NCBI GenBank assembly: GCA_047967505.1
Contig: CM106538.1
Reading direction: 5' to 3' (one strand)
Source: Dipteris shenzhenensis
Taxonomy: Eukaryota
DNA length: 64,000 nt
A program made the position numbers and the translations under genes. The notes beneath the pieces were generated by a model. It was given only the letters and a program-made list of their open reading frames with translations. It did not search any database and was not told where the DNA came from. Numbering within the stretch: the first letter of the stretch is position 1; each line of letters starts with the position of its first letter. Of this stretch, positions 26,905-37,494 are shown piece by piece.

Positions 26905-27112
26905 GATGTGTACCTCCCCCCTGCCCTGCCTCTCCCTCTCCCCTCTCTCTCTCTCTTGTGCCTCTATTGGTGTTGCTCTGTCCTTCTCCATCTCCCTCTT
27001 TTGTGCCTCTATTGGAACTACTATGTCCCTCTCCTTCTCCCCCTCATGTACCTCTATTACTACTGCTCTGTCCCTCTCCTTCTCCCTCTTTTGCACCTCT
27101 ATTGGAGCTGCA
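26826..27112. repeat. (CT)n tract followed by a ~45-bp tandem repeat (about 4 units)
   Basis: TGTGCCTCTATTGG...CTGTCCCTCTCCTTCTCCCTC units, reading as 15-aa repeats (EKERDRAVVIEV) on the - strand. Confidence 0.85.
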
Positions 27113-27159
27113 TTGCCCTATGTAGAAGTCCCATTCTTTCTATTGCAACCTTTGCAAGC

Positions 27160-28320
27160 ATGGTGAGGAGCAAGGCTGCAAGACCATGCAATGTTGTGAC
27201 TTCTTGTGTCTTCCACTACATCAAAAATGCATTGGATGAGTGGATCCCTTGCACCTATAGCTTAAATGACTAGATAGTGATGAAAGGATTGGCCAAAGTT
27301 CCACATAAGCTTTCCAAGAGCAAGAGAGGTGATATCTTGCATAAATGGAAGGGGCACATCTTGAAGTTCAAGTTTGGAAAGAAAGGATGGCTTGCAAAAG
27401 TGCAACATGTTTACATGGGAAAACATATGTGGCTTCCTCCATCATGCAATCAATCTAGGATACCATCACACTGTGAGCCTTTCTATGTACCTTTTTCACC
27501 TGTAAGTGTAATGAGTCCATTTGGAAACTTTGTGTTTGGTCTTAAGAGCTCTTATTCATGGTGGCACATGTTTTTTCTTCGGACTTCGAGGAGTGGGAAC
27601 TAGTTGAATCATTCATAGGCAAGTTCATTGCAATTCATGAGGATTTAGGTAAGCAAATGCATGCAGGGGAAAAGTTGGCCTCCTTGTGAATGAAGAATGT
27701 GTATTGGTATAATGCAACATACATCACTCCAAGGACATCATCAAGCTATGGCTGTCTGCAAACCATTGCACCACCACAACTTCAAGACATGGATTGCAGC
27801 AATGTGGACTCGAGGACATTGCAATCATACAAGAACATGATTGCAAAAGGATGTGGGCATAGCCATGAAGTTTACATTTGAATCCAAATGGGCAAGGTTC
27901 TCTTGGTTTATGCCTTTGCACATTTTTTCTTCTTTGTTTTAGAATATACATATGCATAGAACAAAAACTATGTGGTTCTGCAAGCGTGTAGATGAAAATG
28001 CTCTTGAAGATTTACATGGGATGAATTGGAGAACCAGGTCAGGCAACCAAAAGGGTGATGTGTTTCAATGTCATGCATGTAAATACAGTGTGGTTATTAG
28101 ATACCATTTGTTAAGCCAAATGTTGTATTTAGCTTTTCAGTACAGGCCCTGAAAGAAAACAAATGCCTGGTGTCTTCCCCTAGACTCTAATGATGAAGAT
28201 AATATGGGGGTAAGTTTATCTATTGATGTTGAAGAGGGAGATGTCAAGAATGTGAACGTTAGTTCGTAATGGACTCTAAGGGACGTGTGAGAACACCTAT
28301 TGGTCATGGAGGATAGCATG
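27160..28320 (+). pseudogene. BAH (bromo-adjacent homology) domain protein pseudogene, multi-exon
   Basis: Exon 1 reads MVRSKAAR...CTYSLND*IVMKG...KWKGHILKFKFGKKGWLAKVQHVY...RIPSH. A phase-1 intron runs 27473 to about 27567 (acceptor CAG>CAC). It continues YVFSSDFEEWELVESFIGKFIAI...NVYWYNATY. The order matches the BAH consensus YxxGDxV...[W/Y]xGxI...VxWF/Y...ELFxSxxxDxxxxxSIxGKC...FFCxxxY. Confidence 0.65.
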
Positions 28321-28594
28321 TCAGAGTCCTTCTACTTTACCTTAAATGGTGGTAATATCAGTCGCTGTATGGAGAAGTGCATGCATAGCACCAATTTCAT
28401 TCCTCCTGCAACTTTGAATATTGCTAACAATGTGTTTAACTAGTGTAGCATTTATTTTTTGTCAAATCCTAGTTATTGCTCCACAAGATGATGGATAATT
28501 AAATTGAAATGTTATTTCTTTTGATGTTTTCTCCTTTCAGTTCATGGTAAATGTGTTTCAAAAAATTTGAGGATTTATTATTAGTTTTAATTTT

Positions 28595-28620
28595 TAGGGT
28601 TTTTATATATAAAAAGGGGT
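28595..28620 (+). promoter_or_regulatory. Telo-box-like TTAGGGTTT plus TATA box upstream of the 28721 ORF
   Basis: TTTTAGGGTTTTTATATATAAAAAGGGG, about 110 bp before an ATG in GCCATGG context. Confidence 0.5.
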
Positions 28621-28720
28621 AAGAGCCCTTTTTACATCACATTCTCACTTTCACGTTTAGAGAGCCATAGACACTCCCACCCTCAAAAGTTACTCACTCC
28701 ATCAGTCGTCACTATTTGCC

Positions 28721-29406
28721 ATGGATCCAGCTAGAACCGTGTTCTATGATTTCATCTCGCGAACTACATTTGTAGGTCATGAGGAAGAGCTATTTTAAGT
28801 GTTTGATAGCACTTTAGATGTCCTAAGCACATATATGTGAGCCAAGGATGACTTCTCAGATCTCATCCTCTACATGTAGGAGAATTTCACAAATTTTGCT
28901 TATACACTTGACCACTCCTTAAAGAGATGGGTTCCCATAGATTACATCAAGTATCTGTTTCTAGAGGAACGCAAGTTTGTAAAGTGCTTGGCCCACTTTT
29001 GTGATAATATTACAGAGGAACGGTTTAGGACGGTAGAAGTAAAAGACATCTTAGAAGCAGGGATCACGGGAAATGCAGGAACTAAATTCCTTTCATGGGA
29101 GATGACATTCACTTTCTTCTCCAAGAAGGAAATTTAGAGGAAGAAGCCTCATCGTCCAACACCCCCTCTAGTAGAACTGTTGATATCCTCGTCCCTAGAC
29201 TAGACTCTGACATGTACATGGAAGAGAGTCTTGACCATGCAAGAGAGGAGATGGAAGTAGCTCAAGCATTGAGCCTACTTCAAGAGCCCCTAGTAGAGCA
29301 AGAATTTGCATCGGAGACCACTCAACCTGACCTAGAAGCAGACTTATGGTCCTTGTCCCCCCTCATCATTGATGGAGAAGAGTACATTGTGTGGATAAAA
29401 GTGTAA
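28721..29406 (+). pseudogene. Decayed intronless ORF of unknown function (~225 aa, acidic C-terminus)
   Basis: MDPARTVFYDFISR...RWVPIDYIKYLFLEERKF... with about 3 stops and one frameshift into ORF 29095-29406. Confidence 0.5.
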
Positions 29407-31299
29407 AAATGATTTTCACTTGTTGGATGTTGATGGGTAGGTGCATAGCTATGTACATAGCTAGGTGGTGGTGGAAATGAGCTATGGACATTCCCATAAA
29501 AGATTCTACACTTATGTATATATTTTTTGAGATGGTAGATACTTCTATGAGGACTCTTTAGATATGATGAAAAGCAGGTGGATGCACTCGAGAGCAATGT
29601 ACCCATGTGTGATAGGGTCAATGGTTGAATACCAAATATAAAGTTTTTGTGTTTTTTTTTAACGTGTCATAAATGTGTGGGCATGCATCAGAATACCTTG
29701 TTGAAGGATGGTTGTGTGTGGGTGAAATGTGACCCCAATTGTGTGAGCAAGGGTCTTGGTGCAATATTTGAGGTGGAAGAGCTGTAAAAAAGAAGCATGA
29801 CATGGCTAATTTAAAGGAAGGAGGCCATGCATGCTACGTAAAAAGAAAGGAAACTTCTCATTGTGGAACCGGCATGCTACGTGAAAGGAGACTATTAGAA
29901 GGATCGGGAGGCTCGTAGTGGAGAGAGGGAGAATCGTGAAGGCCAGAGATTCGGGGAGGCTTGATGAGCAAGAGGGAGGCAGGCGCTGGGAGCTTGCAGG
30001 AGGGCGTCGCTACTACAAAGCAAGGTGGAGAGCTTTGAACGTGGCCGAGTGGAGGATTGCGCAGAGAGAGAGGAGGGGGGACTCTTCAAGAAACTGGGGA
30101 GGGAAGGCCTACACCGAAAGCTATGAAGGAGGTCAAGGGTCACGCAAGGAGGGGAGAAGGATCTGAGACAATGGGGGGGTCATGACTACTCAGGCCAGGA
30201 GTCAGATAAATAGCAGGTGGTTGCTTTACTATGAGCTCTGGGGGTGGAGAGCGTGAACGTGGCCAGGTGGAGGCTCATAGAAGTAGGAGGACTACGGGGG
30301 GAGAGAGCTTTTGGAGAGGTGATGCAATGATATGGGCTAGGAGGATCTTAAAGCGAACTACACAAGCTGGAGGAGCGCAAAAAGAGACGGAAGCTTCATG
30401 AGCTCTGAGAACAAGGGAGATCGGCTGTGTTGGTGGGAGCTTTAGAATTTGATCATGGGGTGTTTTGGATGAGGAAAGCATGTGAACCAGGTCCCTAGAG
30501 GAGCTGCGACACTGCAAGTTCTTGAGAACAAGAGCAGAAGGACTATGTAGGTGTGAAAGAGAAGGGCGATGAGTTTTTGAAGAAGGGTGGTGACTCTGTA
30601 TGTAGTTGGTGAGCCCCGACAGCATGTGAGCTCTATGAGCGACAAGAAGGAGAGGTGATCTTGCTAGAGTCTTGTAGAGACTTGACTATGGCATTCCTAG
30701 GTAGCAGACTGAGAGTGTCTTGATCGATGGCATGGGTGCTCTACAAGTGGAGATGTTGTGTGGCTACTTTAATCTCCCTTACGAGATGGACGTTTTGGCA
30801 TTAGCTGAGGCTAGTGTGTGGGAAGTTCTCTCTGGCCATGGGTGTCACTACTATATAAGGTGGGTATAGAGTGAGCAGGAGAATAGCTATGAGGTAGTTA
30901 TTATAGCTTGTAGATAGAGATGAGCAAGAATGGTAGGCTGCATCATTTCTAGTGTTTGTTGATGAATTGGGGGAAGATATAATAAAATTTCTTAGTGTGG
31001 CCATGTTGTGGATTCAGGACACGTCATCACCGACTACCACGTCATCATCAACCACGTCATCTACCACCAAGTAAGTCTTCATGTGGGTTGTGGGTTGGAT
31101 GCATCTTGAAGCTGATTGCTCTCTGAGTTACTAAGCGAAGAAGTCCATTTATCTTGAGCTGTGTAGACTTTGGGGTTTTTTTTAAAGTTGTTTGGCTTCT
31201 AGAGGAAATGTGGCCAGAGTCAATGTGTTGAATGTAGAGGTGTGTAGCGACAAGGAAGTTGTATGAATGCCTTTTACCTCATGATTGTGCTATTCAGTT

Positions 31300-32194
31300 G
31301 TTTTAAATGTGGATGAGAGTGGCTGTGAAGGCGGATTAGGCTCTACTGCTTTTGTCCATCCAATGTATTTCTCCATGACATAGAGGTTTTTTTGGGACTA
31401 CGAGAGGATGAGGCACTCGAAGTCTTATATGGGTTCGATGTTGACACAAGTGTCAAAGATCTCGGGGTTTTAGGTTCCAAAGAGAAGACAATGGAAGAGT
31501 TTCTCTTGACGATGCTAGTTTCAATGAGGGATGCAGACCTATCCATATATGGTGCGTAGCCCTCTCATGTAGAAGCTTCCACCTCCAAGATAGGTCAGAA
31601 GAAAGCGTCCACCTCCCAAATGGAACATCACACAGCACCTGGTCCCATCAACATTGCAAACGAGGAAGGGATAGAAGCCGATGATGCTGTAGTGGTAAGT
31701 TTGAATAACATTTTTTATTTTGATGTTCTTTCGGTATAATTTTTGTCGGTCTTCTAATGTTTGTTGAATTGTTGCAGGAGGTGTTTGAGCTTGATGAATT
31801 CTCATCTTGATGGGATAATGTTCGCAGTGCATTTGGGTGAGGTCATTCTTTGGCCCATTACCTACGCAAAGTCACAGAGCACCTTGTGGTCTTCCACAAC
31901 AAATTCTCTCCTCAAGAGCCTTTGGAGCTGCTGAAGTGCAAGGCATCATCGCACATTCTTGGATACTCCACAATTACTCGGAATGCTGACAAAGTGATTT
32001 TGGTACACTACCTAGCTACTGCTATCAATGCTTTTGGATCGAACATTCATGACAAGGCATTGATCGTAACAGCTATGTCTTTGGCAGTAGGAGAGGAGGA
32101 TGTTAGTGCTATTGCGGCAAGGTTTATATCTAGGAGTCCACTGGGGGATTCAAAGACAGTATTCAAACTAGCCAAGACGAAAGATAGCTTGTGA
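31300..32194 (+). pseudogene. Decayed two-exon ORF of unknown function
   Basis: A long frame RRIRLYCFCPSNVFLHDIEVFLGL...DDAVV, a GTAAG...TTGCAG intron (about 31695-31777), then EVFELDEF...AHYLRKVTEHL...AKTKDSL*. There are few in-frame stops; the 5' end is unclear. Confidence 0.5.
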
Positions 32195-32423
32195 GGCCTT
32201 TTGTAAATATAAACATATATTTTAATGGATACATGCCTTTAATGACTACATGTCTTTATTATTTGTTTAAGTCATCATTGCTCGTCATGAATTCATAATA
32301 TTTATTCCATTGTTTTTTTTTAAGTCGATGATGATATATTTTCTCCATCCTTTTAATTGTGTTAATTAATGAATTTCTAGCCAATTTAGTATGATTTTCA
32401 CCAATTCTGGGTATCCAAAGTTC

Positions 32424-32660
32424 AATTCTATCAAATCCTAGAGGAATTTCACTATGGCACAGAAGGGAAAAGTGTTCAAGATGTCACGAGGAGCCTACAA
32501 TGCCTGAAACCCACCTCGGCGTAATGTGGGGCATTCTAGCAAGTCCAAAATGCCCAAAATTTCATCGAGGCAGGTTTCAGGAATTCTAGGCTCCTCGCGA
32601 CATCCCAGACACTTTTTTCTTCTGTGCCACAATGAAATTCCTCCAGTATTTGACAAAATT
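32424..32660. repeat. ~237-bp imperfect fold-back hairpin between two convergent pseudogenes
   Basis: GAGGAATTTCACTATGGCACAGAAG...GAGGAGCCTA...CCTGAAACC pairs with GGTTTCAGG...TAGGCTCCTC...CTTCTGTGCCACAATGAAATTCCTC, with a short loop near 32540. Confidence 0.9.
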
Positions 32661-32846
32661 CAAAAGTTACATTAAAATGAATAGTAAGTAATTCAATCAT
32701 AAACATGGAAAATTTACAACAATGCGATAGTGTAGAGAATGTGGATATATTTTATTAAAAAAGATCGACCCTTGGGCCTTAGATACAAGATAGTGCCTTT
32801 AAGGGCAGGGGGTAGTCCAAGTCCTAAGGGTAGGCTCCAAGAGAAT

Positions 32847-33880
32847 CTAAGGCTTCAAGCTTGGGTCCACCCGTAGCTGCTTTGCCAGAGCCATGTCCTT
32901 GTCCATGACTATGATGCGCTTTGCGTGGATGGCACACAAGTTGGCATCCTCAAACAGAGAGGTGGTCACTTGCTCCACAACCTCTTGGAGTGCCCCCATA
33001 GCTCCTTTATTGAATTGCACATCGTCCTTGTACCCCTATGCCATCTCCCGTACCACACGTTGATAGGGAGCATGCGGGATTAGGTTGTCGATGGTCTTCT
33101 ACATTTTTCTCATCTCCCTTATGGCCTCTGCTCCTGGCTTTGCTCTATATGGCTTCTTGACTCTTGGTGGAGGCTATACAAGTACCCGAACATGGTTCCA
33201 TGACCCCTTGTCTGCCTTGAATTTCTTGCGCTACTCTTCTCTACGTTGATTTTCCTTTGAATCCCCCTCTTGCGGATGTCTTGAGCTTTGTCATTCTTTG
33301 GGATGGGGCTTCCTCGCGGCATTTGCTTTACCCTCTTTATGGGCACAGGTACCATTTCCACAATGGGCTCTATCACTGGGAGAGGGAAGATTGTGCTCTT
33401 TCTAGCAGTCTGTTGGCCCCTATCCAGAAGCCTCTCTATATCAGGGAGGTTATCAAATACATTTTTCTCGATCGAGGGAGTCCTCTCATGGCAAGGGGAA
33501 GGCTGAGGGGAAGGGAGGTTCTCAAATACATTTTGCTTGGTTCAGGGAGTGCTCTCATGGGGAGGGGAAGGCTAAGGGAAGGCTAAGGGAAAGGCTGAGG
33601 GGAAGGTTGAGGGAAAGGCTGAGGGGAAGATTGAGGGGAAGGTTTGAGGGAAAGGCTAAGGGGAATGATGAGGGAAAGTCTCATGCTCTTGGGACTTGGG
33701 AGTAGGCTCATGAGACTGGAGAGTGGGCTCACGGGACTTGGGAGGAGAAAGCTCATGAGACTGGGGAGTGGGCTCATGGGACTTGGGGGAGGGCTCACGA
33801 GAGTCAGGGGAGGTCTCATGAGAGATTGATGAGGTGCCATCGGACCCAGATAGGTTCATGTGCGCAGATGCCATTGACAT
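32847..33880 (-). pseudogene. Divergent intronless histone H3-like gene with a ~240-aa N-terminal extension (now disrupted)
   Basis: 33161-32847 reads [102 protein letters not shown]. This aligns without gaps to H3 V35-R131. QTARKST is at 33412-33392 and the ATG is at 33880. Confidence 0.93.
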
Positions 33881-33894
33881 TGAATAATGAGAGT

Positions 33895-33926
33895 TAGGGT
33901 TTTTTAAAGGGTTTTATATAGGCCCA
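33895..33926 (-). promoter_or_regulatory. Core promoter of the H3-like gene: site II (TGGGCC), TATA box, telo-box (AAACCCTAA)
   Basis: The - strand reads TGGGCCTATATAAAACCC...AAACCCTAA and reaches the ATG about 15 nt later. Confidence 0.6.
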
Positions 33927-33969
33927 TCATCTTTTACACCCCTTTTAATTACATTTAGGGTGTCATCAT

Positions 33970-34170
33970 GGCCCCCACCCCTGCCCTTGCCCTAACTCAC
34001 CCCACCCTCGCCACCCTCCCCCCCCATTACCTTTCCCCCTACTTGCACCTGTTGCCCTCCCCCATACCCCCCATCCTACCCCTCCCCCCACCCTTGCTAC
34101 CACTCCACCCCCCCCTTGCCCCACCCTGCGCCCCTTCCTTCTCTTCCCCCTCCTCCACCGTGTCCCTGCC
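33970..34170 (-). other. G-run-rich tract (potential G-quadruplexes) upstream of the H3-like gene
   Basis: More than 15 C3-C8 runs on the + strand within 200 bp. Confidence 0.6.
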
Positions 34171-34463
34171 TTCTCCAGCCTCGTTACCTCACACAGACCT
34201 TGGACTCGAAGAGAGTACAAAAATTGTGTCAAAATAAACAAGATATTCAAGAGTGAGTGCACAAATTGTGGTCAAAATAAGCAAGATATTCATTTCATAT
34301 CTATATACAATTACACCATAGCTTATGTTGCTGGTTGGACCTGTCTGCTCCCTTCTCTCACTCTAGCTTGCAACCAACGTGTGACTCCTCAACTGCCTAT
34401 GGATGCTTTCCAAACACTATGCTTTCTATTCCTTGATACAATTTGAACTGCTTTTGCAAGTTT

Positions 34464-34800
34464 CACTACAAGGCATAGGCCCTTTTTCGACGAAAATACC
34501 AATGCTTTTTACATTAATTTTTTTTTAAAAATGGGTGCAAATGTCATTATTAAAGTCATTAAAAGCATCAAAAAAGAACGATCGCTATAAAGCATCGCTA
34601 TATAGCAATGCTAATGAACGTTGCTATATAGCGACACTGATAATCGTCGCTTTATAGCGACACTAGTAAATGTTGCTATATAGCGATGATTAACAGAACT
34701 TAAAAAAAAGCATTAGGGGGCTAAACAGGGTTATAGAAAGCCATGTTTTGCCCCATTAATGCTTTTTTTTTTGTAATTACAAAAAAAAGTATTTTATTAC
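34464..34800. mobile_element. CACTA terminus with palindromic subterminal repeats
   Basis: CACTACAAGG at 34464. About five (C/T)GCTATATAGC(G/A)-type palindromes lie at 34580-34690. The end resembles the 17214 terminus (CACTAC...TAG..CC.TTTT.CGA). Confidence 0.8.
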
Positions 34801-35001
34801 AAAATTTCCCTTGCGAAAAAGGTGATACAAAATCGCTCAAATGAAATGATTGAACAACAAAAGCATATACATGTCGAACATATACAACATTGTTTGTTAC
34901 AAAATTACCCTTTCAAAAAGGGTGATACAAAATTGCTCAAACGAGCGGATATACAAAATGACATACATGGTGAAGTATATGCAAACTGCTACTACTACTA
35001 C

Positions 35002-36508
35002 TACTACTCATTCGAATCGTCCTCATCGTCCTCATCCTCGTCCTCATCCTCGTCCTCATCTTGTTGGCCTGATCCTTTATCCTCATGAGCTGCACCTTCT
35101 CCCTGATCCTCGTCACGTGCATCTGATCCCTAGCCCTGGTGATCGCTCGCCTCCGGTGATGGGATGCTCGAGCTTTAACCCTAAGAGTGAACCATATAAA
35201 TTGAAAATTAGATTGGAACTTAAAGAATAAAACAATTTAAAAAGTGAGATTACAAGTAGGAGTAGATTTATACTGTGCAAGCAGCCACCTCTGCCCAATC
35301 GACTGTTGCTCCCATTGCCTCTTGCTCAATAAACCATGGCTTTGTTCCTATGCAAAATGCGCGTCGCATCTCTACATCTGTAGGAAGATGACCCATCGTA
35401 GCTTGTTGTGGATCCAATTTACGAGAGTTAGAGTTAGATAAAGTGCATGTAATATGTAGTAAAACAAATAGAACAATACATTAAATGAGAAGAAGTAGAC
35501 TTACCACGGTTGCCTCGAATGCCAACCATCTGCCTACACCAAAGTGTGAAGTACCTATGATGTCCAGCCGTCTCTTTGCAGCCCTCCTCTGACCCTCGAA
35601 CATTTTGGGATGGTCCCTATTTTGCTTCTTGAAGAACTTTCAATCAGCTTTGTCTGCCCAACTGGGTTTAGCCATCCCCTTTGCGATGGAAGTATGCAAG
35701 ATTGATCTACGATGCTTCAAGACCAAACCCATGCGCTCTGGCATATAATTCTCATTAAACTCCCAATTTGGTGGGTTATGGTATTTTTGTTTTAATTCAT
35801 CGATGATTGCCTGCTTCTTTTGGTCATCTTGATACCGCTAATCGGTAGCAATGCCACTCTTGAAGTGATGGCTCATCAACTGCCTCATGGTGGCCATCAC
35901 TGCTTTGCCCTTTCTATCTTCTATTATCTCTCTGGCAGCCATGATTTGATAGGAGAGATCCTCGACTAAGTAAGGAGGACTGATGGTAGTAGAGTCAGAA
36001 GGAGTGGAAGCTGTGTGAGTACTTTTGGAGCAAGAAGTAGCAGCGGGAGTAGGAGAGGGCAAGGGACCTGACTGATATTGTGTCTTCAGACCAAGTGGAG
36101 ACCTGTAGGGATGTGAGTGTACTGACTCGTCTACACTTCCCAAGTCAGCACAACATAAGCGGCCCCTCCTACTCTTCCTTCCCTTACAAGAGGCACGCAC
36201 ACATGATGACCCCTCGGTCTCGCTGCCTCCTCATCGGTCATCTGCACTACAAACTCGTCAGGACTCCTGACAAAGCCATGCACGGCTAGCAAAGGAGTTC
36301 CCCGAGGGGTAGTTGCAGTGCTATGTCCAAGAGGAGTCAGACTAGGGGTAGTCGTAGTGCTAGGTCCGGGAGGAGTCAGACTAGGGGTAGTCCCCTCAGG
36401 TGTCACCTGAGAGGAATCAAAGTCCTCTAGAGCATATAGATCGTGATGTCTCCTCCTGCGAGGCTATCCGTACTCATCTAACGTGTGACGTGATCCCATG
36501 TCTAACAT
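35002..36508 (-). pseudogene. CACTA TnpA/Ptta-like (Transposase_24-like) multi-exon remnant
   Basis: An S/T/P-rich N-terminus, then KQAIIDELKQKY...KPSWADKAD...AAKRRLDIIGTSHFGVG, GT-AG introns (donor at about 35504) and a poly-acidic C-terminus. It lies next to the CACTA terminus. Confidence 0.65.
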
Positions 36509-36544
36509 AGACACAAATACAAAAACAAAAAACAAAAAACAAAC

Positions 36545-37183
36545 ATAAGCATAGGCATAGGCATAGGCATAGGCAAAGGAAAAGAGGAAGAAGAGGGAAA
36601 GGAAAAGAGATTGGAAGAGGGGAAAGAGAGAAGAAGAGGGAAAGGAAAGAGGAAGAAGAGGAAAAGAGGAAGAAGAGGGAAAGGAAAAGAGATTGGAAGA
36701 GGGGAAAGAGAGAAGAAGAGGAAAAAAGGAAGAAGAGGGAAAAGAAGAGGGAAAGAAGAGGAAGAAGAGGGAAAAGAGGAGGAAGAGGAAAAGAGAAAGA
36801 AGAGGGAAAGGAAAATAGATTGGAAGAGGGGAAAGAGAGAAGAAGAGGGAAAGAAAAGAGGTAAAGAAGAGAGAAGAAGAGGAAAAGAAGAGGGAAAGAA
36901 GAGGAAGAAGAGGAGAAGAGGAAGAAGAGGGAAAGGAAAAGAGATTGGAAGAGGGGAAAGAGAGAAGAAGAGGGAAAGAAGAGAGAAGAAGAGGGAAAGA
37001 AGAGGAAGAAGAGAGAAAAGAGGAAGAAGCGAAAAAGAGGAAGAAGAGGAAAAGAGGAGGGAAAAGAGGAGAAGAGGAGGGAAAAGAGGAGAAGAGGAGG
37101 AAAAGAGGAGGGAAAAGAGGAGGGAAACGAGGAGGGAAAAGAGGGGGGAAAAGCAGCAGTAGAGAGTGTAGAGAGAGAGTAGA
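36545..37183. repeat. (GCATAG)n followed by a ~600-bp almost pure purine (G/A) tract
   Basis: Degenerate GAAGAAGAGGGAAA repeats with four GATTGGAAGAGGGGAAAGAGAG anchors. The overlapping ORFs are low-complexity artefacts. Confidence 0.95.
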
Positions 37184-37494
37184 GCCCTTAGTTGGGTGTG
37201 TACCAGTGTGGTACACACAAAGAATCAAAGAATGTATTTATGTTTTACGGTACGGTACACTTACACCCACAAAGGTGCGGTCACATGTACAAGTAAAATA
37301 TATACACGGGAAGTGAAGCGAAGGGCCTTTACACCCAACACAAATGTCGCCCTATCAATTCTTGTACATTTTCCTTGCACTCATTGGACTTAGGAAATAC
37401 ATCATTTTATTCTCTTATCTTGGATAGCTAGTGCTACTTTGGCCTTGAAGTTCTACTTTCTACACCTTTTCATGATGGCAAGAGGATGTCCAAT

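Noticed and set aside
32847-33161. Calling the H3-like gene CENH3
   Set aside because: Loop 1 has canonical length and the Q68 and F84 equivalents are retained. Only the T107>A change and the long tail are CENH3-like.
36464-37316. Long ORFs (254, 238, 183 and 123 aa)
   Set aside because: They are stop-free only because the tract is nearly pure purine/pyrimidine low-complexity sequence.
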